Both the position numbers and the translations under genes were made by a program. Shown here piece after piece: positions 26,050 through 41,010 of a stretch of 64,000 nt of DNA. The notes below the pieces were generated by a model. That model had not been told where the DNA came from. It did not search any database and saw nothing but the letters and a program-made list of their open reading frames with translations. The stretch covers positions 32,984,001 to 33,048,000 of the forward strand of contig OX597825.1 of the NCBI GenBank assembly GCA_951406725.2, given 5' to 3'. How positions within the stretch are numbered: position 1 is the first letter of the stretch; each line of letters starts with the position of its first letter. This DNA comes from Octopus vulgaris. Its lineage: Eukaryota.

Positions 26050-27150
26050 CACCGCTTTACCAATCACAGCTCCGTTCGCTATCAATATGTATCCAGTGCC
26101 TTGTAGTGATATTTTCTGTATGTTCTGCATATCTGCAAGTCCTCTAGAGTGATGGTTATGTATTTGTCTGCATCTTTTTAAATCAACCACAAGGCGCCAA
26201 TTATTATAGGAACTGATTCTGCTTCCCATCTCTTCATTTTGGTTATCTCTGTTTCCAGACAATTACTTCAATTTTTTTTCTTTTTCCAGATACCATCTAT
26301 TGAGATTGTGTTACGAATAGGAGGCATTTCTTTCCTGGCGTTCCTTGAAAACATTGTCCTGCCGATTAGTTTTGATCTTTCTTTTTGTTTATAAGGAAGT
26401 GCATATCTAAGAGTGTAGCAACTTTATTATTCTTTGAAAAACTCTTATGTACGTTTATACGATCTCTTCTTTTTTTGTGTGTGTGTGAAATAATCTTCGC
26501 ATAACTCCCAGTGTATGAAAACACCAAATTTGACAATGGCTTTACATGTATCCTTTCGTGGTTAACGTCAATCAGCTAGTTAGTCTGTGTTTAATTGTTT
26601 CTCTCCACCTCTACCTTTTCTGCAGTTATTTAATATATTCTACTTCATTATATTCTTCGGTAGTAATTGGTGAGAGGCTTTTATCTAGTGCTGCAGTCAA
26701 TAATTCTTCGATTTTGACCTTGATTCTCATGTTTCTTATCCAGGCTTCAGCCTTTTCTTTATCTATTCCTCTTCTTCTTTTTTTTCACGTGAATTAGTGA
26801 TGAAGGGAATTTTCTTGTCATCATTTTATCATAGCTTTTTGTAGCCTCGATTTTAACTTAATTTTTAGCTTTTTTTTCACAATTTCAACTGTTACTTCTT
26901 TTCCTTTTCATAATTTATTGTCATTTCAACGTCTCTTTTATATTCGTTGACCTCCTTAATAACAGAAAGTCTTTTCAATCTATTTTGTAGCTATTTCCAC
27001 TAGTTTTCCATTGACCTTTCTCAGTAATTTTAGTCCTACGCTGGTCATTTTATAGATTTTAATTGCCCTTTCTAACGCTGGATTTGCGATAAGTGTAATC
27101 TGTATATGTCGGACTTTGGGTTGTGTGCTATAACTGTAGTCAGTATTCAT
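26050..27150 (-). mobile_element. Highly decayed non-LTR (probably R4-like) coding remnants
   Basis: NIQKISLQGTGYIL resembles the LQKIVLLGTAKIL end of the 23844 ORF, and SPITTEEY is RT-proximal-like. Many stops. Confidence 0.4.
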
Positions 27151-29579
27151 CTTGTTTTGAACATGGTCAGCTGGAAGAATCGTTAAATTATCAGGAAAAT
27201 GCTTTACAGGATTTGTTTCTACCCTATTTTCTGAGTTCAAATCCCGCCCTGGTCACCTGTGTCTCTTATTCTTCCGGGGTCAATAATATTGAGTGCTGAA
27301 GTTTATTGTATTGTCTAGACTCTCTCCTTAGAATCTAAATTAGAAACCATTATATTTTATTTCGTTTTAATGCCCATTCTTGCTAAATTCTTTAACATCC
27401 ACCTATAACATATTACTGCTACATCTAGATAATTGATGTCTTTTAATTATGTTTTAACTATTAATTAAATGTATCTATAATATTCCTTAGTGACCTTTTA
27501 TTTTTTGTGTGCGTTTTCTACAATGTCTGGTTCATTAATTCCTACCTATTTGCTAAAATAGTTTGGCCTAATTCTCTTTTCTTTTGTTTATCTAATGTGC
27601 CATAAATGTTCTTAATTAGCGTTTCTTGTTTATATAATCTACAGCGAACAACTTTTTCGCATAAGTTGACCACATAAAATTTGTGTAAATGTTCTTTCTT
27701 GGCGCATACATCCGAATCTAGTATGATTTAAAACGGCGTCGGTTGAAGCTGTTAGCAGCAAGAAAGAAATGATGAGAGAGAGAGAGAGAGATCTTGGACT
27801 ATTCCTATTATAATACTGATGACTGCTAGTTCATAGAATTTGATATTTTGCTTCGTATTTACCCATGGTGTGTTTAATACATTTTGTTATCACTGGTACA
27901 ACCTTGCACTGAAACTTTCCAGAAACTGCAGGTAATCAGTCTATGACATGATCAAGCCCCTCTTCTTTGATGTTTTGATTTTGGTATTGTTAATTAGTAA
28001 TTAATCTTTACAGCTATAGCCATTGTGGAATTCCTTTGTTCTTCTAGAAATAAAGTTGTGTTTCTGGTATTTACACATCTTCTACAATATTATAAGAATT
28101 AAATCTTTCTGAGTTGTAGAAAAGTAAGCTAAAGGTTTGTTGTTTCTTTCCTTCTCTGGCTTCAGATAGTTTCTCTTTATTTAACTTGTTAGGTGTTGTT
28201 TCCGATTATTTCAGTCTGTTCTTAAATAGTTTTAAACAATCTTTTTTCTATAAGACATATTTAACATAAATGTTTTGTTGAAAAGCCAGAAGCTGTAATT
28301 TTTATAGATTTATTGTGTTATCAAATAAAACACAATATACTTCAGAGACAGACGAAACGAAATTGCCCCGGAAGCGTTTGGCTTTACAACGACACACATT
28401 AAACATGTTATATAGATACAGATTTTCCTATAGAGCAGCTTCTATTGCATAATTCGAATTTATTCTGCTTATGCGGCACCGTTGCAAACCAGTGTAAAGT
28501 TTATATACTACATCTCTACATACTTCAGGCTAACTGATTCATCTTATTTCAGAAATGACGTGAGTACGTGACACTGACAAACCGCACAAATGACGAAATA
28601 CAGTTGCTTCTGGGGTGATTTTGTTCTGCCTAGCTGTGGAGTGTATTGTGTTGTTTTTTTTTTTCCACAATACGTCTATAAAGGGGAAAACTGCAGGTTC
28701 GAGATTTTCAACCATACACATATGGTAAATATGTTATATAGATAAAAAATATTTACAACAGAACTGCTTTTCTTGCATAATTCAAATTTTTACTTGAAAT
28801 TTATACATACTTCACTCAAATATTATACATTTCACTTAAAATCACTTAAATATTTCACTCAGAAGTTTTAGGATTTTATTCTTTCCTGGTGCTTTTCAGA
28901 TATTCATTATTTTATATATCAACTCAAGGAGCTTAGGACATGTGTTGAGTTGTTGATATAAACTAGCACAATTGTTCAAATGTGTTTGCTCAATCTCATT
29001 CATGAAGATTAATTCACTCGTTATCCTCTTCAGAATTATTTTACTTCTCTTGATGCAAGTGTTGCATGAATTTCTATTATACTTTTACCGAGCTCTTGAT
29101 AAAAATCTGTTCGGCTTGGAGTTGAACTGTTTGTTTCGTTCAAAGAATCCTTGTCCCTTTCCATAACGCTGAATTATTTACAACTTAGGGAGGATCTTAT
29201 CGTTAAGCTGTCTTGTACTTTCAGCTACTTCTGTTTTGTAATATTTTACTCTTCATTTTTTCCAGTTGACTTTCTTTATTAATGATTTCAGTAAACATTG
29301 GAAGGTATTTTCTCTTATTTTCCATGCTCTTTCCGTATACTTGTTTTCATGACACTTGCTTTTATTTTCTTTATATTCTTATGTCCATAGCCCTGAGAGA
29401 GAGCTCATTTATTCATTGTAACTATAGTAGCTTCTGTGCATATTTAGGTTAAGCGGATCATACCAATGTGTTTGTTATTTTCATTAAGTTTATCACTGCT
29501 AAGCTCGATCTCTTTTCATTGGTGTTACAATTATACCATTCAATTTTATCCTCATATATGTGAATAGAGTGTATTATGT

Positions 29580-29725
29580 ATGTGTGTTTGTGTGTGTGTA
29601 TGTCTTTGTGTTTGTGCTGTGCGTGTTCCTCTTACCCCACCGCCGATTTACAGTTGGTGTTGGTTTTGGTCACGTCCTTGTAACGTAGCGATTCGGCAAA
29701 AAAAGCCGATAGAATAAGTACCAGA
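29580..29725 (+). mobile_element. SINE-B 3' fragment
   Basis: gtaacgtagcgattcggcaaaaaagccgatagaataagtaccag. Confidence 0.8.
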
Positions 29726-30445
29726 CAAAGAAAGACGCATAATGTCAACAATGATTGAAGACAGGTTTTTATCTCTCACATATGACAAAAATTGAAACTA
29801 CAGGTAAAGCCAGCATTATCCAGATTATAAGGAAAATGTGTAGTTTGAATTTGATGGATATAAGATATACTAAACTCCTCAAACTAAACTCCTCAAATTA
29901 AACTCCTCAAATTTTTGTAAATTAAACACGAAAGTAGAAAAGAGAAAAGTGAAGATTATGCTTTTGTATTTTACCGCAAAATCCTCCCCCAAAATGAGAA
30001 ACTATGGCAAAATTTTCGTATAAAATATTGAAGAAATATATAACGCAGATCTAAACGGAATGTTGGATCTCAGCAGACTAAACTTATTTAAGAATATTCA
30101 TTTTCAAAGTGAAAAAAAATCAGAAAGTGAAATAAAATTCTCAAAAATAATGTGGTACGGAAGCACAACACAAAACACACAAGAACATGAAAACATTGTG
30201 AATGTAAAGCACGAAAATCTATTAAGTAGAAAAAGGAAAAAAGCGTAAGCAACGAAGCAAAACAAAACCAATCCGTAGAACACCTACAGACTATTGACCT
30301 ACAAAACCAGGACCAGATTAAACCAAACAAAAATATAAATCAAAAGAAATATGAGGAAATTAAGAATAGGAAATTCTAAAGGTGGAAGATATGAACATGA
30401 AAATCTCAAGGCAGAAATAATTAAAGATTGAAGAATAGAACATAC

Positions 30446-30513
<68 letters not shown>

Positions 30514-30663
30514 ATAAATATAAGAGAGTGTTCATATATTGATCACTCTATACCAGTTAATATTTCAACCACGAAAAATACATGGTACGACTGTACACGG
30601 ACAGGGCAAATAAAAAATAACAAAAATACAGATTATCTTGGGACAATTGTTTCGCTATTAATG

Positions 30664-30707
<44 letters not shown>

Positions 30708-30867
30708 ATATATATATCATATATTTATATATATAGATGTTTGTGTATGCATGTATGTAAGCACATATATATATATATACACATACATACATGTATATAT
30801 ACCTATATACATATATATAAAACAGATATATACATACATATATAATACGCATATATACATACATACA

Positions 30868-31870
30868 TTGTACGAGTTGGCAGTGAGCTTCTCAAGAAGT
30901 ACTGTCTTCCTGATGATCTCCTGTACAGCTCCAAAACAGCTGGGCTCTCTTACCTCAGAGAAGACCTGGATGGAAAGCATTCAGCATATAAAAAAAAAGA
31001 CTATGCATGGGTATGTTGCCCGGAAGCTTGAAGAAGACAGTAGAATTGACACGAAGTGCAGCCTCTCTTGAACACAAGACCACTACATCACATCACACTT
31101 TGAAGGCTATGCGTTTGCAATCCAGGAACAGGAGATTGCCAGAAATATCCTGGTGAACAAGAGAGACAGTGGCGCTCTTATAATCCCAAGGTGCAAACGG
31201 ATGTGTAGGCTATGTCATGCATCACGCATGTGATTAGCAGCTGTCCTAAAGAGTGGTCACAGTACTACCTCCCCATGAGGCACGATGTTGTTGCTAAAAC
31301 AATTTACAATGCCATCCACAGAAAAGACTGTCCTGAAATAAACTTAGAAAATCCCTCTGTTATGGAATGCATTCATAAACACCAACTCAGGGAATACCGG
31401 TGGAATATTCCCATGGAAACGTCTATCAATTGTAAGCATAACAGGCCGGATATTGTTGTTTGAGACAGAAGGGCAAAGGTGTGTACCATCGGAAGTCAAC
31501 AGCCCTGCAGATATAAATATATATTTGAAAATCAAAGAAAAAGAAGATATCTATGGACAACTGCTTCGAAAAGTCCAGTTTCTATATCCAGACTATGAAT
31601 TAATATTCATACCAATAATAAATGGGGCACTAGGTTTTGTTAGTAAATGCTTAAAGGAGAATCTGGATAAACTGGGATTTTAAGCAAAAGAAATCGACCG
31701 ACTATTTCATACATTACAAGTGCAATCTGTGAGTGGAACAGCAAAAATATGCAAGACTTTTCTTAATTTTCAAATGTGTATTCGTCTATGTTAACTACAT
31801 CCCAAAGATGAAGCCTTGTATCTTTGTTGGAAACCGGCTCCCTCCTCAGTGAAAAATTTATAATAATTAA
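30868..31870 (+). mobile_element. 5'-truncated R4/Dong-like retrotransposon
   Basis: AIQEQEI, CRLC..HVISSC zinc knuckle, RHDVVAK, HNRPDIVV and IFIPIINGALG. The 3' UTR contains gaaaccggctc. Confidence 0.9.
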
Positions 31871-32394
31871 AAAATAGAAGAGACATACATACATACACAT
31901 ATTATCGACCACATGTAATTTATGTAGGCAGCGATTTGACGCGGTGGCGATGTCTTCTTCAAAGTACTGGGTGTTAAAACACCTGAAAGACAGGCGAGAC
32001 AGTTCACCCAGAATTCCATTCAGGAATGATGGACACCGATGTGTCGCTATTTTTATGGATTATCAACATCAAGACCGTGGACTGAATTAGAGATGAAGGG
32101 AATCGCCGGACCATGACTATATGCAAGATACCGTAAAAAACATTTGCTGGTTATCTTTTTTTGACAAGCTTCAAAAATGGCGAGACAACAATGTCAATCA
32201 TTAGTGAATGGGATTTGGGGTGAGTTCTCTCCCCTGCCAGTGACTTTAAGATGTTCTAACATCCGATGCATTGAGAGAGTCATGTCCACCGCGTGAAATC
32301 GCAGCCGATCAGTGAACAAGAAAAGCACATACGTTGAGTATGTATGTATTCGATAATGTTTACAACACTATCGCCGCTTTTAATCTCTTTTTAA

Positions 32395-32460
<66 letters not shown>

Positions 32461-32494
32461 ATGTATGTATGTATGTATGTATGTATGTATGTTT

Positions 32495-32650
32495 GTATTT
32501 GACGGGCTACTTTCAGTTTCCACCCACAAGACTTTGGTCTATCCCGGGCTATATTAAAAGACATTTGCCGAAGGTTCCACACAGTGAAACTGAACTGGAA
32601 TCATGTGTTTGGGAAGCAAACTGCTTGCCCCACAACCACACCTGCGCCTA
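32495..32650 (-). mobile_element. SINE-B 5' half
   Basis: gacgggctactttcagtttcc...accacacctgcgcc. Confidence 0.85.
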
Positions 32651-33539
32651 TACAACAATAAAGTAGTTAACTTTACTGCTGATTCTTTTGGAGTAGAAGT
32701 AAATATTCATTGTTTTATGTAAAGCAAGAGTAAAGTCTGAATCTAGTAGAAATTTAATGTTCTGTCCTGTATTTATGAAAATATGTTCAATATGTTCTTT
32801 TACTTTTCTTTCCCATCATTTATATTTATCTTCAGTGTAAAGCATAAACCTAGTTAACTTTCAATAGTCTATATTGTTGATTCTGCTTTCATTTACATCA
32901 GACGTCTGTTTCGATATATTTGGATTTCATCAGTTCCCTTCATGAACAAGTATATTTATATTATCAGTGAATTAAAGTCAAAGTTAAATTTTACAAGGTT
33001 ACGTATATAACATAGATGTACAGGAATAATTAAATGAAATAGAGGAAAAATAGAGAAGTTTTCATTCCCCAAACTGGATACGTTTAAAAGCATTTTTCAC
33101 CGGGGCAATTTGTTTAATATTGTGGGATTTTGCTTGATTAGGATAAAGAAAACATTTACAATGCAGCAGAACTGGAATTCGACTACTAAGCAGTTAGAAC
33201 CCATCTTCGACCAACACTAAGATCCAAAGAATATTTATAGTCAGAAATGGTGAAGAACAATTTCGTGCTTTTAATAATTGCCGACAGATAACCGCACAGT
33301 ATCTTGCCCGACCCTTTGAGAGTTCCAATTCACCACTCTGAATTAGTATTTTTTACTGATCCCGAAATGATGAAAGCAAAGTTAATCCCAATAGTATTTG
33401 AACTCCGGATAAAGAGAGTCGCTACGAATATCGCGAGGCATTCTATCCAAGGTTCTACCGAATCTGCCTATTCTAGACACTCAATACGTAAAAACAAAGT
33501 CAATTTTAATTCCTTCAAGAAAAAGCCGTGACCTTCCAC

Positions 33540-33960
33540 CTATCTTAGGAAATAAGTGAACATACTGAGAAATTTGGTTGATTGACATTCCTAATGGACG
33601 CACTCCAGCCTCTGAGCCACAGGCGTGCCGTCTCCAATCACTATCTTTTTTATCGCTACTATAGCTGCCTGTGCTCCTCATAACTAGTTGACCTCGTACC
33701 TCAACCAGTCAAGCGACCCCGACCCACTTGTCTCTTTACTTTTCCTTTTCGTCACCCTTGCTGCGGTCTAACGCCCCTTCCCCGCACTAACAAAACCTAT
33801 TTTCAATCCTTCTTCTGCATATCGGCTCACTGAGATCTCCTCTATGCTCACGTCTTTCCGGAAAGTGTTCAATTACAACAGGTTCAACGGAACATTAACG
33901 GCTTCATCCTCACCAGTTTCAGAGAGCTGGTAAGGGCCATGGATTCTGCTTTTCCCCCAG
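33540..33960 (+). mobile_element. CR1/L2-group LINE ORF2 C-terminal fragment
   Basis: Translates as LQPLSHRRAVSNHYLFYRYYSCLCSS*LVDLVP...HVFPES, typical of the post-RT region of these LINEs. Confidence 0.7.
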
Positions 33961-34199
33961 TTAAAATAAAAGAGAATTTAACATACAAACAGACCCCAAA
34001 GAGTACAGAATAAATCTAGCTTCATTTGCTACGACTAACTGTATTAATAGTATACTAATAGTATACTAACTATCGACGTGACAATATCAAATGACTATAA
34101 TATGGCTCAGATACAAACTGAAAGATAAAGGCATACAACGACCCAACTGTTGAATTAAAGCCATTATGATAGATAAGGAACTATTCTATCCTCGTATTT

Positions 34200-34400
34200 G
34201 TAACGAGTACAACTGGTTTGAAACACAATTACTTCTGTAAAGACATTGATAAACGTTATATAACGATAGTTCTAGGCATGTTTCAAAATCGAAGATTTAT
34301 GCATATTGAAAGCAACCCATCGTGCCGCATAGGCGTAAAACATCCTGAAACAAACAACCAAATAATCTCTGGATGCAGCAGACACGTTGGGCGATTGGAA
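34200..34400 (+). mobile_element. Small R4-like zinc-knuckle fragment
   Basis: CRI....ET..QIISGCS. Confidence 0.5.
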
Positions 34401-34429
34401 TAAAATAATTTTATTGGAACAATAACAAT

Positions 34430-34635
34430 TACTTCTTAGGCAGCAATTTTAAAGGGCGGGATTAGTCGATTGGACCAACCCCAGTGTATGAGCGGTTTTC
34501 TTTTATCTGCTCCAGAGGGATCAAAGGCAAAATTGACCACGGTGGGATGTGAACTCAAAACAAAATAAAATTTTAAAAATACTGCAGATTATTTTGTCTG
34601 AAACGCTCTAACGATTCTGCCAGGCCGCAGCTCGT
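34430..34635 (-). mobile_element. Diverged SINE-A
   Basis: gggatcaaaggcaaaattgacc..gaactca..aacgattctgccag. A second diverged copy lies at 33330-33470. Confidence 0.75.
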
Positions 34636-34904
34636 TAATTGCTCGTTAATTGTCGTTAATTGCTCGAAATGTGGAGTAGATGAACAGCCAACAACTGATG
34701 AAGCGTCGTTCTTTACGTTACCTGTCTTGTTTTCGATTTGTTTCTCTCATGGTTCGCATACCCAAGTTTGCCTTCATATTCCATTTTGTTTACGTATTTT
34801 GAAATTCATATTGTTTACGTTTTGTTACGTCCTGTGCCCATATATGCATGTATATATACATATATATGTAAGTATGTACGTATATATGTGTATATATGCA
34901 GCAG

Positions 34905-34948
<44 letters not shown>

Positions 34949-35185
34949 ATGCATGCATGTATGTGGGTATGTATGAAATATATATATGTGTGTATCTATG
35001 CGTGTATATATTATAGAAATACAAGTGTAAATGTATTTGAAGGGTTGTCTTCTTTATGTTAGTATTTATCATTTCTTCCATATCTTTTGTATGGAACTCA
35101 AGCTTTCTACTTATTTACCTAAAGTCGAAACTCTCCCGTTCTTCCTCTTTCCCTTCTTTAAGACACGCTTATTTACGCACGCGCT

Positions 35186-35296
<111 letters not shown>

Positions 35297-36365
35297 GTGT
35301 TCGTGTAGGCCTTTACGCCCGTATGAAGACGGTTGTTTAAGCATGCTTATGTATGCTTTGATTTCTCAGAGCGGCATCTTTGGATTGTTGTTGAAGTTAT
35401 TGCTGTTCTTGGGTTTTTTTTTCCCTCTTCATATAAGAACGCATCAGATTTAATATTATATTAAAAACAAATAGAATAATATTCAAATTTCAATGAAAAA
35501 CATGCAAAGGAAATATAACAAACAATAAACACGAGGCGAAATAGTGAATAATCAGTAAGATAAAGCCTATTGTACAAAACCATAACATTTAATCCCCACC
35601 AAGAAGTTGTAAACCGAGATGTTTTTGTAGTTTTAAGCATATTTTGCTGCCGACAAATGCTCTGACTTCTGAAAGAAAATATTTATGCATAAAGCAACCG
35701 CAAAATCAAACTTTACGCAAAATCGATATAGAAAACGGGTATTTAGGAAAATGTATAGCTTTATATGTGCGTTTCAATGAATTCCTATGAATGTGTGTGT
35801 GTGTTGTTGTTGTTGTTGTTTTTGGAGAAAGTGAGTGATAAGGATATGAAAGAGCAGTTACGTGTGTTTGTGTGTATAATGATCATGTTTACTTTGCTAT
35901 TTCAAGATTATTGTGGATATTTGATAAGTTTACTCGGTGTCAGTGTTCGTATATTTTTGGCCTATTAAAGAGGACGACGTTTCTGGTTAGACCGGAAGTT
36001 AGTCTTCCATATTTTTCTCCACTTGTCGGCCATGATGTAAATTAATTGCGTAAGTAATGCTGATCATATTTCTTCGCTTCTAATATCATAATCACCCTCA
36101 TCATCGTTATCAAGTTAATCATCATCATCATCATCATCATTGTCCTTCTCGTCGTTGTCGTCGCCGTCGTCGTCATCGTGGCCGTACTCATCGTATCTTG
36201 TTCACAACCAGACTATAGGACTTTCCGTTTTCCGGCTTTCTTACTTCTGTGTTCTGCACGCGCAAGCACACATAACGCACACAAACAAACAAACAAACAT
36301 ACACAGACACACTCACAAACTCAAATAGACACAGTGACATACATATATGCATATAGATAGATAGG

Positions 36366-36438
<73 letters not shown>

Positions 36439-36693
36439 ATATGCATGTATATAAAACAATTTATGTATAAATAAATATTTGCACACTATACATATATATA
36501 TAAATATATATATATACATATATACACACACATACATACATACACACACATATAGGAAATATATGTACATTAGGAGTGAAGGGTCACATTTTGCAAAATA
36601 CAAATGAAAAAATGTGATTTAAACAAATCTATTAAACTTTTAGACTCCTTTGTGACTTTTTGACTACCCTGCATATGTGTGTGTATGTACACG

Positions 36694-36758
<65 letters not shown>

Positions 36759-36810
36759 GTCTACATACATACACACGCACATACATACATATATACATAC
36801 ATATAAACAC

Positions 36811-36843
<33 letters not shown>

Positions 36844-37699
36844 CTTATTGTTTCAATTATGCCAGTTTGTAAATATTTCTCCTGTTATCCTTACAAAGAA
36901 CTCTATCAAGCAAAGCTAAATTTAAATTCATTTGAAGAGATAGCTTCATGTAGGTTCTTTTTGTTTCTTTCCATCCGCTGTTTAAAAGTAAAACTCTCTG
37001 CACATTTACCAATCCTATCGACTCTTCCGCACACCTTTCTCTGTTCTTTTTCTAGTGCCATCTTTTGTTTTTGGAAGCTAAATCTTTAAAGATCCTTTCT
37101 TATAATATGAGACTGATAAGGTTCCGACTCAAATCATTGCCATGAAATACTACTATATAACGTAGCGGGTAATAATCATTTTGGGCTGAACCTGATATCC
37201 ACGTGTCAACCTGATATCCATAGCCTCGTTTGCTACACTTTTATTATCAAACGATCGTCAACAGCACTTAATAATTTAGCCACATGAGTATCTGTTAATG
37301 GCTAACCGTCTCTATTGACTCATGCAATATAAAAGCGTGACCCAATTTCTATAATGGCTGCTCTATAAGCCAAGTAATTATTAACTGATTTAACACTGTT
37401 GCCGTAACATAAGACGACTTGTAGTAGATATTTATAGCTATTAAAGGAAATCGTGGAGAAGCAAATGCTTTAGTCATCGTTTCAATATCATGTCTTCTTT
37501 TATTGTTGTGTTCAAAGAGAGGCAGTGAAAGCTTCTGTTGCACTGCGACATAAAGCTCCTTTCTTCGTCCATTTTCATAACCGGGTCCCAGAGAGGACGA
37601 CGGAGAGTAGGGCAGGGATATTGCTCCCCAATATTTAGCTGCTACTTTGTGTATGTTTGTAGATTTATGCATATATATATTTATATCTATATTTATCTC

Positions 37700-37778
<79 letters not shown>

Positions 37779-37833
37779 ATATATATATACATGTATGAGT
37801 GTGCATGTATATATGCAAACACGCAGAAACACA

Positions 37834-37893
<60 letters not shown>

Positions 37894-38040
37894 TATATGT
37901 TAGAATATATGTATATGTATATAGACATGCACTTATACACACATTTATACACACACATACATACACATATACACACACGCATATATATATACATATACAC
38001 ACAAACACGCGCGCGCGCTCACGCATAGATATATACATAC

Positions 38041-38074
<34 letters not shown>

Positions 38075-38709
38075 AAACAATACTGGGAGGATAAGAGACG
38101 GAACGAAGCGAAAATTCGAACGAACCCGACGCGAAGCGCTGTCAGACAATAGTGTAATAATTAAAATATATGCATACATACAAACATATATGTACGTACC
38201 GACATCTACATGTATATATACATGCATATATAAATATATATACGTACAGGACACCACAAAAAGACGTATATATATATATAATTTTAAATATTTATTGTCC
38301 GATTAATTGTCTTATGAATAATATAAATATTATTAGCGTAGTATGTATAATAGATTATGTCCTCGATTTCGTTCCATAGTTTATCAGTGCAATCCCTACC
38401 TTGCTTATACACAAAATGTCATGTGTGTGATACATAGTCTTCGATTTCTTTACAAAATTAACAGTGAATTGTCTTCCGAATAAATATTGTTTCTATAATT
38501 GTGTATTTTCGATTTCCTTCCAGGGTTCGACTGTAGCAGACTAATATTATAGATTCTCTATAAAATTAACATTCACTATCGTTAAGAATGCCAATCTTGA
38601 CTGGCAGAAAGTGGCAACGAATGAAATATTTTGTTCATTGTTTGTGCTTTATTTACGTTCTAAGTTCATGTTGTAAAAATTGAGTTTACTCCCGCCCTGC
38701 CACTCTCTT

Positions 38710-39295
38710 TTATTTCTTGCTTGTTTTCAGTCATTAGACTGCGACCATGCTGGGGCATGGATTTGAATGCTTTTTAGTCGAACCAAGTGACCAAAGTATT
38801 TATTTATCTTAAAAGCCTGGTACTTATTCCATCGGTGTTTTGTGCCTAACCACTAAGTTACGGGGACGTAAACAAACCAGCACCGGATGTCAACGGCAGT
38901 AGGGGGCAAACAGGAACACGGAGACACACCCACCATATAAATTTAAGTATATATGTGTGTTTGTACGTATGTACGTACGTATCTACGTATATATGTATGT
39001 ATGCATACATGTATGTATGCATGCATACATGTATGTATGTATGTATGTGTGTATGTATGTATGTATGTATGTATGTATGTATGTATGTATATATGTATGT
39101 ATGTATTTATGTGTGTATGTATGTATGTACGTATGTATGTATGCATGTATGTATACAACGGATTTCTTTCAGTTCTTCCTCTATCAAATCCCCTCAAGAG
39201 TTTTTGGTCAGCCCGGGGGTATAGAAGACACTTACCCAAAGTGGGACCGAACCCGAACCATGTGAATGGAAAGGAAACTTCCTACCACTGTAACT
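38710..39295 (-). mobile_element. SINE-B with ~200-bp internal (TATG)n
   Basis: 3' part 38710-38900 and 5' part 39160-39295. Confidence 0.82.
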
Positions 39296-39515
39296 AAATC
39301 AAATGCCAAGTACGTTACGTTACATACCGGTTTCGATGAATTCACGATACTCCTTCCCTTACAAGTCCAAGCAATTACGGTTAGTGGGAGTGACCACTTT
39401 ACCAAGATGCTTACTCATATCTCCAGGAATGTATGAAACATTCCAATGCGTTCGAGTTTCTGTATTGTCACGTGTGAATCTTGTAGTCTGAATGCGAACA
39501 AACGATGTTCTTGTT

Positions 39516-39561
39516 AATGATGATGATGACGATGACGATGATGATGATGCTGATGATGACA

Positions 39562-39626
<65 letters not shown>

Positions 39627-39870
39627 AACGATGACGATGATGATGATGATGACGACGATGATGATGATGACGATAGTGATGATGACGATGATGATGATGA
39701 CGATGGTGATGATGACGATGATGATGATGACGATGGTGATGATGACGATGATGATGGTGATGATGATGATGATAATGATGAATACGATAATGACGACGAT
39801 GATGAGGAGGATGAAGACGACGACGGCAGCGAGACGACAACGGCGACGATGATGTTTATAACGATGATGA
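39516..39870. repeat. (GAT)n microsatellite
   Basis: Read directly; it explains the poly-D, poly-M and poly-H ORFs. Confidence 0.95.
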
Positions 39871-39999
39871 TGAGAGGGATGAGGATACTTTGAAATGGAA
39901 GAATATGTTCAAAGTATGTTTCTGTGTGAATATGCCGGTGTGTTTATACCAGTGTATGAATCTGTATCCCTGCGTATGTGCATGTTGTGTTTATGCGTG

Positions 40000-40232
40000 T
40001 ATGTGCGTGTGTGTGTGTCTATGTCTTTGTGTTTGTGTTTGTTCCCCCACTACCACTTGATAACCGCTGTTGGTTTGTCTACATCCCCGTAACACTAGCG
40101 GTTCAGCAAAAACAGTGACTGTTAGAATAGATACCATACTTTAAAAATTCATTCAACCAAAAGCCCTCCAAGGCGGTGCCCCAGCGTGACCGCAGTTCAA
40201 TCAATGAAACAAGTAAACAAAGATAAAGAAAA
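40000..40232 (+). mobile_element. SINE-B 3' half
   Basis: tccccgtaacactagcggttcagcaaaa...aaggcggtgccccagcgtgaccgcag. Confidence 0.82.
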
Positions 40233-40559
40233 GATGTTTTGACATAACAGCCGCAAAACACTTTCGATTTTTGCGACTATTGATGCAGACATTTTTTTAG
40301 TGAACCCTGTTGAGTTTCTGCTCAAATCATTTCCATTGTATGTGATGTGTGAGGTGTCATATTAGTTATTTGATATCTATCGTGTCCGATGTGGTTTTCA
40401 GTATCCTTCGTCGCTATTGTCTGTTGTCTGAATCAATTATTCAAGCTCATGAATATCCATTAATAGATGGCTGTCTCTATTGACGTCTACGATACGAAAG
40501 GTTGACCCAAATCATCTCAGGTAATTTTGATGATGCAACTTAGAATCAAAGTAATGACA

Positions 40560-40790
40560 TCTTGCACTAGCAAAGCGTATAAATGTATGGAGTAGATATA
40601 AACAGGAAGGGTATTGATAGGTTTGTTTACCTCAACAACTCTGGAAGGATTTTTAAAAATTGGACGACACTGTAAGGACAGATTGCCGCTATTAATACCA
40701 ATCCAGGCAGACTGAGTGGCGTTCGCTTCCCTCGTCACACAACTCAGTCGATCACCTCGTTCAACGTCTATTGCGTTTATGTTCCATAAA
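40560..40790 (+). mobile_element. Possible RTE-like RT fragment
   Basis: GIDRFVYL...IQAD*VAFASL resembles the RTE 'V..FVYLGS...RI..A..AF' region. Confidence 0.4.
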
Positions 40791-40920
40791 CTCCCCGAAA
40801 TTGGGGCTGTCACAGCAGAACAAATAATAAGGGTCTGGGTGGAGTACCTTCTTTTACATGGCAAATAATTAGTAAAATCATCATGGCGTCGGGCAGAATG
40901 CTTCAAGCAATTTGCTCCGA

Positions 40921-41010
<90 letters not shown>

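Noticed and set aside
32897-32940. Minus-strand CTGATGA..GAAAC agac GTC
   Set aside because: The core is present but stem I does not pair and stem II is weak; it cannot be distinguished from chance.
34660-34720. CTGATGA near cgaaat as a hammerhead
   Set aside because: No stem II followed by GAAA downstream, and no consistent stems I and III.
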